A DNA stretch of 64,000 nucleotides from Lama guanicoe (taxonomy: Eukaryota): assembly GCA_013239625.1 (NCBI GenBank), contig MU054187.1:8947231-9011230 (forward strand), in the 5' to 3' direction. Below, piece by piece: positions 12,901 to 25,829 of the stretch. Made by a program: the position numbers and the translations under genes. The stretch's first letter is position 1; each line of letters begins with the position of its first letter. A model generated the notes under the pieces. It worked only from the letters and a program-made list of their open reading frames with translations. It was not told where the DNA came from and did not search any database.

Positions 12901-15900
12901 GCTGCCTTTCTCCTTACGGCATTTTTGCCGCTGGGGTTGTGAATTAACATTTTTAATTTGGAGAATTTATAAATACACAGGAAGAGTGTGACACCCAGTA
13001 ACCAAGATTCACAAACCAATGTAACTCCACATTTATGTAATAATAGAGGCTGTAATTTATAGCATCTACCAGATAACAATGCAAGCTTATTATAACTATC
13101 AAAAGCTCCTTCGTCTTAAAACATTTATACTTTTGAATAGTTGCCAGCTCTAAAATTTTCATGTCCATTTTAAGTATTCAATTGCTTCAACTTAAGCCTT
13201 CTCTCCAGCAGTGCCTTTGAGAAATTTCTGAACTATATTCTTGCCCTTTTAATATTTATCTTTTTACTTTGATCATGGCCTAGATTCTAGGTATCCAGAG
13301 AATCCAAACACTGTGGGGTATATGTGTTGTTGAAATATTTCAACATAGGTACTACTACTGGGGACTGAAATAAAAAAGAATTTCAAGGTTAAGAACTCCA
13401 AATCTATAGGGAGTGTCTGCCATCAAATGGGTGGCACTGTTTAGGGAAGTCAGGGCGCCCTGCCATCTGTGATGGGAGACACTTCAGAAAGAAGCCCAAG
13501 GGCAAAATGAGCATGCTAAAAATCATGCAAAGTCGAGCAACTAATGAACAGCAAAGATATTCAACTAACAATCAGAGGTTTTACATATAAACTTTTACTG
13601 TAAACTTCAATTTGAGCAGCTTCTGAAACCAGTTGGTTGGAGGAAAGGGGCTTTCCTGAACTAAGCAATGGCTTAAAGAAATAGCTCTCAGAAGATCTTT
13701 AGATCTTAGAAGAGCAAGAACTAAGTCATGGTTTTCAACTTTAGCTGCATATGAGCATCACCTCAAAGCTGTTAAAAAATACCCATGCCCTGGCCCCATC
13801 CCTAGAGACTGGTTCAGGTGTCTGAAGTGGGGACAGACAATGCTATTTATTGAAAGCATGCAGAGAAATTCTAATGTCTAGCAGGGTTGAGGCCCTTTGA
13901 ACTAAATGCACGAATCAAATGAAAGGATCAGAGGAAGCAGATGGTAATATAGGAGTCTGATGATCTTTTATGGAAATAAATTCATCCATGCTAATGTAAA
14001 AAATATGAGTGCCTAGAGCATTCAGATTGAGCACAATTCTCATTCTGGTTAATTTTAAATAGGCTTAAGAGAAAACTAATTCAACTTGCCTCCTCCATCC
14101 ACTAGCAACTTAAGAACTGTAATATAAAAAATTTCCTGACAGGTAAATCCAGCAAATCTGTTCAGCCCTAGAGAAGGACCCAGCGGAGTCCACCTATCAA
14201 AGGCTAGACCTTCCACCCTCACTCTGGACTCCACTTTAGTCTGATCCTCATTCTATGTTAAATGTTCTAGTTTCTGTATCTTATCTCTCTCGGATCCGTC
14301 CCACTAACATTTAAACATTTCAGTCCCTCCTGTCTTAAAACACGCATCCCTAGGTCTCTCATCAACATCCTCGCCCACAATTCTGCTCTTCCAGTGTCTC
14401 CCGACTCACTGTCCAACAAGCCCACCCATGCAGCTGCTAAGAATCCTGGAGTCTCCCCCCATAACGAATCACCAAGTCCCTCTGTGATAATGCCTAAAAA
14501 AATCTCTCAAATGTGTCACCTCTCTCCATGCCCTCTGCTGCTTACCCAAGTTCAAGCCACCATCGCCTCTGCATGGCAAGTACAGTAGCAGCCTTATGCG
14601 CTGGTGTCCTCAGATCCACTTCTCTCCTCTCAGGTCCATTCTCCGCATTGTAGCCTACCTAATCTCACCTTAGACACATGGCCAAATTTGTGCTTCAATT
14701 TTTTCACATGTAAAGTCCATTTTTTTTTAAACAGACCTCATAGGATTGTCGAGAAGATCAAATGGATACTAGACAAAAGTAATTAGCAACTGTGATGTAT
14801 AATAAATGGTGGTTATCATTAGTTTATTAACGTACAAATACTTAATAGCAATTGAACTAGTTGCATTAGGAGAGGAAATAATATAATACTCAGGGACTAA
14901 ATCAAAGGGCCTACAAAGACGTGGTTTGGTTTATCTGGCCTCCTCCAACATTCCAGTCTCGTCTTAGGTTCAACACACCAGCCTCACTCTTACTTATGAG
15001 CCTTCACAAAGCTGTCCCCATTGCCTGGAACGCTCCCCTGTCCCATTTGGTCAATGAACTCTCAGGTTCAGGCTTGAATTTTAATCCCTTCAGGAAGCCT
15101 ATCCTGACTCTCTCAGCCCCGTCCCAACCAACCTGCGGTCTGGCCCTGCTGTCCTGCTTCCTGCTACATCACACTTAGAGTCGCCTGTTCCATGAGCGTC
15201 CCTCCCACTAGACTGCGAGCCCCATGAAGGACTCTGTCTGTAACTCCATCCATCAGTACTGTGACTGAGACAGTGTGAGCTTTCAAAAGTTCAGTAACTG
15301 ACTTTAACGATCTAACTGAAAAACACCTGTGTCAGCAGGAGTTGGTAATTGTTGGCATTTCTCTATTTCTTTGTCTCCTTTGAGATTCACCAACCAGAAA
15401 TGCTGTACACATAAAGAGTATCTTTACTTTTTGTTTCTAATGTAAGCGTTCTAATATAAAAGTTGTATTTCTTAACATAACTTACCGAGGGGACAAATCT
15501 GCTTGGCCTGTTTTCTGTGACACCACCAGGAAATGGAACACTAAAGAAAAACTGACCTGCTCTTCCAACCTGGGTTATAACTAATAGCTCGGGATCAGGA
15601 TCTTAATTTAGAACACATTCTCTCTTAGAACTCACTACCTTATGCGAGTCTACACTTTCGACTTCTAATCACAGGGTGAGAAGATTCCCCTAGATTGTTG
15701 TCTCTAAGTTTTACTACAGACTGTTTCCACAAGAAGTTAAAGAAGACTAGGAGTCCTCACACCGAGCAACATTAAGTATCTTCATCCAGAAGCATCTTTA
15801 TACTTTGCTTTTTGTCCTTAAGCTAGTTTTCTACTGAATTTAACTCTCAATGGGACCAGAAACATTTGATTTTTTCCCACTAGGTACATTCTGCTTTAAT

Positions 15901-17639
15901 TCCATGTATGTCATGTGAATCTAATGTAAAACAAAAACCAAACCAAAAAAAAAAAAACAGACCTTTTATTACCTGGGGAAAATTAATACATTAAAAAATA
16001 AAATCAACCATAAAGGTATAAATGCCCACATAAAGTTTGTTTCACGAAGCTTTATTTTTACATACAAATTTTCTTTTGACAGTACACTTTTTCTCTGATT
16101 TCTTTTCCCCTTAAAAAGTTATCTCCTAAAACAGAGTCCTGACTTCTAGCTGCTCAGTCTGCCTTAGGGTTGTCACCCTATTTTTTTCATTCATTGGCAA
16201 AGTCAGTATGGCTTCCTCTCTTTCCCATCTTCTTCCACCCCCTACCACCATTTGAATTCCCTACATGCCACTTTCTTGCCCACCAGTCCTCTAGAAGCCA
16301 GCAGTACTGAGGAGGCTTGGACTTAGGCATCAGCGTGGGCTTGGGAGAAGGGGCAGAGCGAGAGGAAGCACGCGCTCTGAGAGTGGTCCACGCTGTTGTA
16401 ACCCACAAAATGCACACGCTCGGGAACACAGAGACAAATGACAAAGCCAAGGGGTCAAAGGTACAGCGGACCAGGTAAGTGCTCCAAGAGTTTAAATGAT
16501 GGGGAAAGAGGCTGGCAAGGGCCAAAGGGGGCAGGGAAGGCCTTGAAGAACAGATAGAACTCGGTCACTTGAGAAGAGAATGCAGTTCAGATGAGCACAG
16601 GCGTACAATGCACTTACTAAAGATGTCAGGTCAACTAAAAATACGAGTGTCCGGTCAGTTAGAAGAGTAGGGCAGGTTACAGAGAATCTTGAAAACATAA
16701 GAATAGATTTGACATAATAAAAGTCATTAGAGGCTTAAAGCCAGGAGAGTAGAAAATACATATATAGTAATTATTTTGGTCATTATTTGGTCACTAAGAA
16801 GGACCTCTGGGCTTTAAATCCCAAATCTGACACTTACTTGCTACATTTGACTCCAGTTACTTTATTTCCAAGTTTCAGTTTCCTCTGTAAAAGGAGCAGT
16901 AAAAACCCCAGGTCACCGAACCATTGTGCTGATTAAAGGAGATGATACAAGTGAAAGGCCCAGTGCAGAGCCTGGGATACAGTCAGCGCTCAAGTAACGT
17001 TAAGTGTTATTACGAAGCTGGCAGCTATAATCCGGATGTGCAATGATTAATCCAAACAAGAGAGGGGCCAATATGCCAAATGCCCATCCCCCGAACATAG
17101 AAATGCACTACTGTAGTTGTTTTTACCACCGTTAACTCATTCATCAACACTCCCCAAGCACTCAGCGCACACAGAATTATGCTCCATGGTGTGGAAAACA
17201 CTAATAAGAAAATCTAAGAAATACTCCCTTCCCTTACAGATAGATCTTGATTTCAGAAAGAATATGCTTACAGAAAGTAATGGACCATAAAAGACAGGTT
17301 CCCAAACCAAAGTAGGTACCACAGCAGTTAAAACACGGTCACATGAGGGAAACGTGGTTTCCCTCTCCAGACAGGCCAGGTGCTCTCCATGTGTTCCCCT
17401 ACGTTGTGGCCTGAACAGACGTACTTCTTTCACGTACCGAACTTTTCTGGCCCCCAGACGGAGTTCTTGATTGCTAACAGCCACCTGGGTTTAGTCACTT
17501 GGCCGGAGGCAGGCGGAGGGTCTGGACTGGACCGGCGGTGGCAGAACCGGGAAGGCTCAGCAGGGCCCCGCGGTGCAGGCTGCCTGTGGATGCGGTGCCT
17601 GGGAGCCACACCATCTGGGTCTGAGGGGGTCTCCACCCT

Positions 17640-17805
17640 TGAGCTGTGACCTGGGACTAGTGAGTCACTTCCGTGCTGTCTGATCTGCCCCCGTCTATGA
17701 AATGGAGACGTAACAGTACCTACCTCACAGCTGTTAAGGATTAAGTGAGTAATCATCTGAAGCACGTAGCACCGTGCCTGGCACAGGGTTAGTTGCTGTT
17801 GAATT
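17640..17805 (+). mobile_element. MIR SINE
   Basis: ctgtgacctggg..tcactt...tctatgaaatggagacgtaacagtacctacctcacagctgttaaggattaagtgag (MIR core). Other MIR relics at ~16.85, 44.1, 45.5, 50.0, 50.9 and 56.1 kb. Confidence 0.75.
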
Positions 17806-18084
17806 TACTGCACGCCTACCATGAGCTCAGTTCTAGGAGAAATAAAAACTCACAGACTTGACATCTGGCAAGTAGGCATGGGGGGCTAGCAGAGATGACG
17901 GGACAGCGGAGACTGAGAGGGCATTTACACAAAGGTAAATGACATCCTCACGACAGGTGAGTTCTTCAAGGGACCACACTTAGATCAAAACCCAACAGCT
18001 GAGGACTGAGCCTCAAAAACAAACAAAAAAATCCCCCTGAAGAAAGATGAGTCACGTTAAGTGTGATTATAAAGGTGTATCTGA

Positions 18085-18960
18085 TCTACTCTAAATAGAA
18101 AAGAAGCAGGATGCTACAAAAATGAGAAACTTATAACTGGAAAGGAGATAACTGCCATGAGTTACAAAAAGAATAAACACAAAATTGTAAAAGACAGCTA
18201 AATCATTAAGAGTGGGAGAGGGAAGCAAGGAAACCCACTGTGGAAAACAGTACGGATTCTTCAAAAGACTAGGAATAGACTTACCATATGACCAGGAATC
18301 CCGCTCCTGGGCGTATATCCAGAAGGAACCCTACTTCAAAATGACACCTGCACCCCCAATGTTCATAGCAGCACTATTTACAATAGCCAAGACATGGAAA
18401 CAGCCTAAGTGTCCATCAATAGCTGACTGGATAAAGAAGATGTGGTATATTCATACAATGGAATACTACTCAGCCATAAAAACCAACAACATAATGCCAT
18501 TTGCAGTAACATGGATGTTCCTGGAGAATGCCATTCTAAGTGAAGTGAGCCAGAAAGAGAAAGAAGAATACCCTATGAGATCGCTTATATGAGGAATCTA
18601 AAAAAAAAAAAATACAGAACAGAAACACTCATAGACATAGAATACAAACTTGTGGTTGCCAAGGGGGCAGGGGGTGGGAAGGGACAGACTGGGATTTTAA
18701 AATGCAGAATAGATAAACAAGATTACACTGTACAGCACAGGGAAATATATACAAGATCTTGTGGTAGCTCACAGCAAAAAAAAAAAATGTGACAATGAAT
18801 ATATGTATTTTCATGTATAACTGAAAAATTGTGCTCTACACTAGAATTTGACACAACATTGTAAAGTGATCATTACTCAATAAAAGAAGTAAAAAAAAAA
18901 AAAGAAAGTAGTGTTTTGCCAAAAGGGCTGCCATAAGATGAACCTAAAAAAAAGAAAAAA
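18085..18960 (+). mobile_element. Young L1 (LINE-1) fragment: ORF2 C-terminus, 3' UTR and poly(A)
   Basis: ORF 18212-18592 contains PMFIAALFTIAKTWKQPKCPS..WIKKMWYIHTMEYYSAIK (L1 ORF2 C-terminus). AATAAA and poly(A) at ~18880-18903. Repeated ggtgtatctga at 18074-18084 and 18962-18972. Confidence 0.9.
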
Positions 18961-19790
18961 GGGTGTATCTGAGAATCAAGGGTGAGAATCATGTCAAACT
19001 TCTAGTAACAATGATTCTGTCTTATACTTGGAAATTGTTAGTTTTTCAGTTACTCCTGGTGATTTAACTGGATTCTAATAACGCCTCCACAAAGGAGAGA
19101 AATTAATTCTATTTTACTAATGAAGAAAAACCTCAGAAATTAATTACCCAAGATTACATAACTAGTAAGTTATAAAACAGGAAATTAAAACCACTACTAT
19201 ATACGCTCTCCTATAACAATTCTATAAGAAACAGGACATTATCAATTTCATCCAATGGAGCAAGTACTATACCTCTACCACCTTTTAAAAAAATAAAAAC
19301 CAAATAACGAAGGAATTTGCTTAATATTAACCAATCAGAAACAAACGTGCCCAGAAAATAAAAAAATACCTAACATTTTTCCTATTTGCCCAACAAGTCA
19401 ATTAGTACCTTCTATTTACTTTCACTGATTAAAAAAAAATTCTTTGTTCATTCTCTTAAAAAAATATTCGAGCATTAAATACTAGCCAGTTATAGACTTT
19501 CTTGGTTCTCAGAGAGCTAAGCAGGGGAGAGACACTGGTAAATATAATTTTAATCTAATGTGGTAATTGCTACAATGCATATATATACAGGGGTACTGAT
19601 CCAAACCCGGGGAGAGGCAGGTGTGGTGCTGGGAAGGAGATGAATGGAAGAGGCGTGGGAATTAGTCGGGTAACACACCGACAGGGAGCTAGAAGGTGCC
19701 AGGCAGTGTGCATGGAAACAGGCTTCGGGGAAATCAATAATGCTTATGCCGCAAAAATGCAATATCCACTCAATTTTAATTATGTTATCT

Positions 19791-19796
19791 TTTATT
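19791..19796 (-). terminator. Candidate distal polyadenylation signal (AATAAA) of ARMC1
   Basis: tttatt on the + strand; the minus strand reads aataaaagataacataattaaaattgagtggatattgcattttt, with a downstream GU/U-rich element. Confidence 0.55.
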
Positions 19797-20570
19797 ATTT
19801 TACAATATACTTCAAAAAATGCTGTTACAGTTGCCTTAACTGCTCTATGAGACCTGGAGTCAAAGAATACTGGGAATTAGAACACAAAGACATCAAGCTG
19901 TAACACCTACTTGTGCGGAACCATTGCTACCAAAGGGATGTCGTCTTTTAAATAAGCAGATGTGTGGCGAGGCCAAATAAAATACAAACTTGTTAAAACA
20001 CAACAGTAAACTTTGTTTCCATGGCTATAGAAAGGAGGTGGTTTTGTTTTTTTGTTTTTTTTTTTTTTTTCAAGGCATCTGGTCTGGCAGCAAGCTGTAT
20101 TATGCACTTAAAGCAATACATGCCCTGAAAGCTTATATTTTCAGTTGTGCGTGTCACCTGAACTCAGAGCCTAGACACATGAAAAAGTATCGCTCTCAAT
20201 ACCCTCAACGCCCCTCCCTCCATAAGGTCACAATGTTCTTGAACTCAAGACTCTCGTTGGTGGAGTATTTTACAATCGTTTTTCTCCAGAGACACTAGAT
20301 CTTTTAGTTTTCTTTAAAAGAGAAGTGATGGAAATGCAAGGAGACCCTCCAGGGTCCCAGTCTCACTTCACATTGTCCAAGTAGTACAATAGCAGCTCTA
20401 CACGTTGAGGAAAAAGAAGTCTTCATTTTTTTCCTATGAGTTTTTCATCGTATCAGCATTAAGATTTACCTGGATTTAGTTGGGTGTTCCAAAAGAAAAC
20501 TTTTAGTTGCCAAATATTTCAGAAATTTAATAAAGCATTACATATATGTAATTAGCTCTTATCTACCAAA

Positions 20571-20602
20571 AATATATATATATATGTATATATATTTATA
20601 TT
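20571..20602. repeat. (TA)n microsatellite in the ARMC1 3' UTR, followed by a T run at 20624-20640
   Basis: aatatatatatatatgtatatatatttatatt. Confidence 0.85.
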
Positions 20603-21750
20603 TATCTTACTTTCACCGAAGTCTTTTTTTTTTTTTTTTTGGCTGTTAACATGAGAAACAAGATTAAGTGGACGAATGCTGGCTTTATTTCTTTATAAGC
20701 AATAATTTGAGCCTTTTTTCTTTTCATTTGATATGACTACATGTTCGTAATAGATTCACAAAAGGCAATACAAGGAACAGGCATCTGCCAAGCAATTCAC
20801 GTTTTAAGGTTAGACTCTACCGAACAGCACTGTGGCATTAGAGGCATTCTGTCGTTTTCTTTTTTCAAGTCTGTCAGTTCTTTACTATTTTTCTTTCTAG
20901 CAGGGGATAGTGTGTAATCAAAGTAAGGCCTAAAGACCACATACAGTCACTCCCAGTATTTGGGTGGACAGAACTCTCAAGAGCTGATGTAAACCCAACT
21001 GAAGAGCAGTCAACTAGAACCACATTTGGTCACATCCAAATAGTCTCCAGTAACCCTGCTGATGTACATGTTTCCTTCTCAACTGATTTTTGTGTTGATC
21101 TTATTAAAATTGTAACAAGTAAGATTGCCAAGTTTTTGTAGCGTTGTATTTTTAGGGGACTATTATGTTCAAATGAATATGCTTTAATTCACAGAATATC
21201 ATTTGTAACGTCTCTTCTATAAACATGGTTGGCAAAATAAAAAAGGCACAAAAGGGGAATGAAGAGACATGCTTTCAACTTTCAGTGATGAGTACCAAAG
21301 CAAGTCTCTTTCATGAAAAAAGGCAGAGAACAATGTTCAGTAATTCATGCATAACTTGAGCTAAAAAAAGCCACTTCTCTTCAGACAGGTCCTAAGGCTT
21401 CAGAAAGCAAGTTTCCCTAATCACGTGCTTCATGTCACATAAAAGGTAAAGCTGTACATGTGTATGTTTGGTTTAACAGTGGACCCATGTTTTTTAAAAA
21501 GTGAGGCAATTAAACAAAGGAAAACAAAGCCAAAATATCTTCATAAACAAAGCAACTCCACCTGCAGCCTCTGTCCTTTTTACCACTCAGTGGATAAAAT
21601 GTCCAGTAAAATGCGAAATGCAGCATACTCAATCATGTCGTCTAGAAACTTTTCATGATAACTTATTGCAAATTGCACTTGACAGTTCACCACAACAATG
21701 GAAAACTGGCCCCTTGTTTGTTCACACAGTCCTTGAGCCCCAAACTGAAG

Positions 21751-21942
21751 TCACCAGTAAAATGATCTGGATAAAAAGTTTGCAGCTGTGCTCAGCCAGC
21801 TAGCTCCACCCTCCGAGTGTGAGCCCACCCGGGACACTGCTTTGTCCTGCTCCTTCGTGGGACTCTCATCCTCAGGCAGGTAGTCGGGCAACTCTGTGTT
21901 CTGTTCTACCTCCACAGGTGTGTCTTGGAATGGGACCAGCAT
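21751..21942 (-). CDS. ARMC1: ARMC1 last coding exon (exon 7) to stop codon
   Basis: Acceptor tgtatcag|ATG; encodes [66 protein letters not shown]. The spliced total is 849 nt = 282 aa, matching the recalled ARMC1 length. Confidence 0.97.
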   Translation of the reverse strand: MLVPFQDTPVEVEQNTELPDYLPEDESPTKEQDKAVSRVGSHSEGGASWLSTAANFLSRSFYW

Positions 21943-22694
21943 CTGATACACAGAACATGTTAAGAATTATGACAAGGTCAACGTAATTGATAAACAGGTA
22001 CACGCCCTAAGTTAAAAGTCAATTTTACTTCTCATCCTAGTCACCGTATTTATTCTCCGAGGCTATATTCCTTTCAAAGGTATCCCCTTACATGACGGCG
22101 GACCCAACTGTTGAGCAGGATGCAAAGCACAGAACGGAGGAATTACACAGGGAAATTCTGACGCTTTTCTCCAGGGGCTCCAGGAATAAATGTTCAACCT
22201 TTTGTCTATTTAAAAATGACAAAAGCATCTGGCTGTTGGGGGCCCCGAAGGGCCACTGAACCCCCTCCTTTCCATGGGAACTCAAATGAGCTAAAGCCAC
22301 ATAGATTCCTTTTGGCTCTCACAAAGCTAGTGGAAACTGTAGCAAGAGGCAAAGATTCTCACTCTACACACTTGCTCAATGGTGGGGTTGGGTCTTTACT
22401 TTCTGGATTGGCAACACTGAGGTTAGAAAGGATATGGAGGCAAGGAAACCACATATCCTTTATTTCCATATAAAATCAGCAAGACACTTCCGCCAAGAGC
22501 AAGGACAGACTCTGAAATCCACATGAGGGCTCTCTGTATTTCTAAAACCGTTTACTGTTAATCAGGAAACCTTAGGGTAATCTCGCTCAGGCACATTCCT
22601 ACACAGGCAGCTACAGGTCTAGAAACGCTAGCAACCTGCCAGCCGGCAGCAGTAGTCAGAGCTAGGCGTGAAGCAAACTGAAGGAAGCTTTTAC

Positions 22695-22769
22695 CTCCTC
22701 TCCACTTTCACTTTTCACGACTTGCTGAGCCTTCATAACCTTGGTTGATGCTATCGCCGATGCCAAGGC
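22695..22769 (-). CDS. ARMC1: ARMC1 exon 6 (75 nt)
   Basis: Acceptor cctggcctag|GCC; encodes [25 protein letters not shown]; donor GAG|gtaaaa; preceded by an 86-nt intron (22770-22855). Confidence 0.96.
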
Positions 22770-22855
22770 CTAGGCCAGGATAAAGAGAAGACAATTTTGA
22801 ACACTGGCGTGTCTCCCTGTAACTGCAAGCGTACTCAGCCGTTTAAAATACCAAC

Positions 22856-22972
22856 CTCTGCCTTCAGATCTGAACGGATTCGCACCACACATCTTTGAAC
22901 GGCCATTTGAAAAGTAAAGCTAATGACGCCTTTAATTTTTAACAAAGCCTCTTCACACAGATTTCGCCGAGA
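22856..22972 (-). CDS. ARMC1: ARMC1 exon 5 (117 nt)
   Basis: Acceptor ctttttcag|TCT; encodes [39 protein letters not shown]; donor GAG|gttggt. Confidence 0.96.
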
Positions 22973-23339
22973 CTGAAAAAGTAAAAGCAAAACTGTGATT
23001 AGAATTGGCAAAACAATAAAGGTCAATTCAAACATCACTGAACCCATCATTGTATCTGGGAGGAAGGATGGAGCAGGGGGCCAGGGGAAGCAAATGTCCC
23101 TATCTGAATTCTACAATCTCGTATTTGAAGGGACAGAAAGGCTTGCGCCTAGGCAAGTTTATTACAATTTAAAAGATCAACAAAATAGTAGTTCCTGCTA
23201 GATTTTTTTCTAGCTTCGTCACTAATATTTAATCATTTTAATCAGAAGTAAATGAGTCAATGTTGATTGAAATCTTTACAATCAAACAGAAAGGAAGAAT
23301 AATACAGAAAAGAAGCTGAAAAGCAGAGGGTCCTCTAGC

Positions 23340-23545
23340 TTAAGGGTGGGTCAATTATGGTCCAACAGCTATTTTTGTAAATAAAATTTTATTGAACAAG
23401 CACCTGCATCTATCTGTTTACATACCATCTAAGTCTAGTTCATGCTCTAGCAGAGTTACTAGTTGCAATAGAGACCACATGGCCTGCAAAACCTGTATTT
23501 ACTAACTGGCCCTTTAAAGAAAAGATCTGCTGGCGCTGCTCTAGC
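23340..23545. mobile_element. hAT relic (MER58-like)
   Basis: tttttgtaaataaaattttattgaac...agttgcaatagagaccacatggcctgcaaaacct...tggccctttaaagaaaaag. Confidence 0.65.
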
Positions 23546-25829
23546 TTAAAAGTCTCCAGGGACAAATTCCAACAGACTGAAGTGAGAATTGTGAGCGGTC
23601 AGTGTCGGAGTCACTATTTTTTAGAGCACTTGGTATTTATAAACATCATTGCGTCCTTCACTTATGGCATTGTCCATGGTTACCACCGCATTCTCAAGGG
23701 ACATCAATATCCTCTTTTTGGTTCTCATTTCCCCGACAACACAACATAACATACACCCTTCAGTGTGTTAATAACACACTGCCCTGGCCATCTACTTACA
23801 CCGCTGAGTAGCTCATCTCCGTCTCATTTTATCTCCAAGGTCCAGTGCTACAACTGAGTGATTTTCTTTCTACTTCATCCCTCAGTAGACTATCCTATCA
23901 CTTAAGCCACCACTACCATGTAGAAGCAGACGTGCATCTCTAAACGTGATTTTATATACATAGGATTTTATTTTCATTTGTCTACAACACATCCACTTGT
24001 GGATAACAAGCAGTCACCTCTAACACAAGATCCAAAAAGAAAATGGATTAAAAAGTACCTACAGTTTCTCTTCGGCCCTCCCTGCACCTCCAGCCCATAC
24101 ATCAAATCATCTCCTCTGAAGTCTCCTGTTTCTGTACTGAGACCAAGCTCTGTCTTGGTACTTGAGGGGACAGGAACCTGCAAATGACCCCAAGCCTCTG
24201 GAGCACAGCCTAAGAAGCGCTGCCTTCAGATTACCTGGTTCATTCTCCTCTTCTGTTGAATAAAGGCAGTCTTCAAACTTATTCCCACATCCTTCAAAAC
24301 AACTCACATCTCTGTTTATCTCCCTACTTTAATCACTCTTTCGCTTCTGCATTTCAGCACTCCTCAAGCAAGGATCTGAGATAGTGGTGCGTAGCCACAC
24401 ACAGACCCACAGGCGGCTCCTGTAGCGCACTGCCCCTTCTGCAAAGCCCTTCAGGCAATGAATGCCAAAAGGGTGGGCGTTTATTTCTTCCACATATGCC
24501 ACACACGGTAAACTTGAAAGTGAAGACAAGTTTGCAGAGCACGCACAGCTATGCGGAAAGTCAGGGCACTACTGGTCTAAGCTGATGCTTTATTTTAAAT
24601 GTGAGAAAAAAAAAACAAATGTTAGGCAATTTGCCTGGTTTATCACAAGTAAAGAGTCTGACGCTAAATTCCAACTATGTGTGACAGCGAGAAACCAGAT
24701 TCATGAGGCTAATTCGTCTTTATTTTGACACAAATTAACACAACTGCCAGGGGTGGAGTTCAATTCGAAGATTTGATCTCAGGGACAGGCTATTTCCCTG
24801 GTAACCTTGAGATCTTCAACAGAACAAATAGGATCAAGCATAAGCCACCAAGGATCGGAATGGAAGGTGACAATTAGGTTGTGAGAATCATAAGTAGATC
24901 AAATCAGGAACTGGGCCAGGAGGTAGAAGGGGTGAAGCTAACTGCCTGCCAACCTTAGGAAAGAAGAGAGTGGCGTGGGTAGAAGGAGAGAGGAAAAGGG
25001 AGGGAGGAGGGAGGAGAGGGGGAGGAGGAGAGGGAGAGAACGTGTACTCTTCCAGTATCTACTGGCTCACTCTCCTAAGTCCTTGCTGAAATGTCAGTTT
25101 CTCCGGGGTTTTTCGGAACCCTCCTGTTTTAAACTGTAACCTACCACCCCACCCCTCAGCAGTTTCTAGTTACCTTCCCTTTATTTTTCTCTACAAAATT
25201 TACCACTTCTAATATACCATACAACTTGGCTTATTGACTCTCTCCTCCAACTGTGTGAGCTTAATGAGGTCAAACACAGGATTTACGAGAGCTTTTGCTT
25301 ATTTTGGTCCCTGCTGTATCCTTGGTGCCTAAAATAGTGCCTGGCATACACTATGTGCCAGGCTATGCCACCAAAAAATGTTAGTATTACAGTACAGTTT
25401 TAGAGTTAACTTGCTTATATTTTATCTCCGATTTAAGCAATTACATTCTTAAGACATTTCGGCCTGTATTCTGTGTGTGTGCATTGTTGGGTTTTATTAT
25501 TTGCTTTGTGCTCGATTTAAAAAGGAACTGTATTATTCTTATTCATTAACATTAAACAGCTGGTACTGGTGACATTTTACGTATCTTAATGTCTTTCACT
25601 CAATCAATCTACATTTACCAAAACCTGCTTTCTAGAAACTTTTCAGACCTTGTGGCCCCAGTTTCAATAAGATAGCTGTTGAGTTATTTGGCAATGTCCG
25701 GATAACATGCATACAAAAAGTTTCCCCAACCCCTATTTACTGACTCCTAAACCCTGAGGCCTAATATTAAGAGCAAAGTAGAATGAGTCGAGAAAAACTA
25801 CACTGTACTACTCTAAAAGACGGTACAAG

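Larger units (their letters stand above)
19770..21750 (-). other. ARMC1: ARMC1 3' UTR (approximate distal end)
   Basis: AT-rich stretch with no obvious interspersed repeat after the stop codon. Minus-strand AATAAA at 20684-20689 and 19791-19796; the distal one is followed by a GT/T-rich element. Confidence 0.6.

Noticed and set aside
18212..18592. 126-aa ORF as a host gene
   Set aside because: It is a frameshifted fragment of the L1 ORF2 C-terminus.
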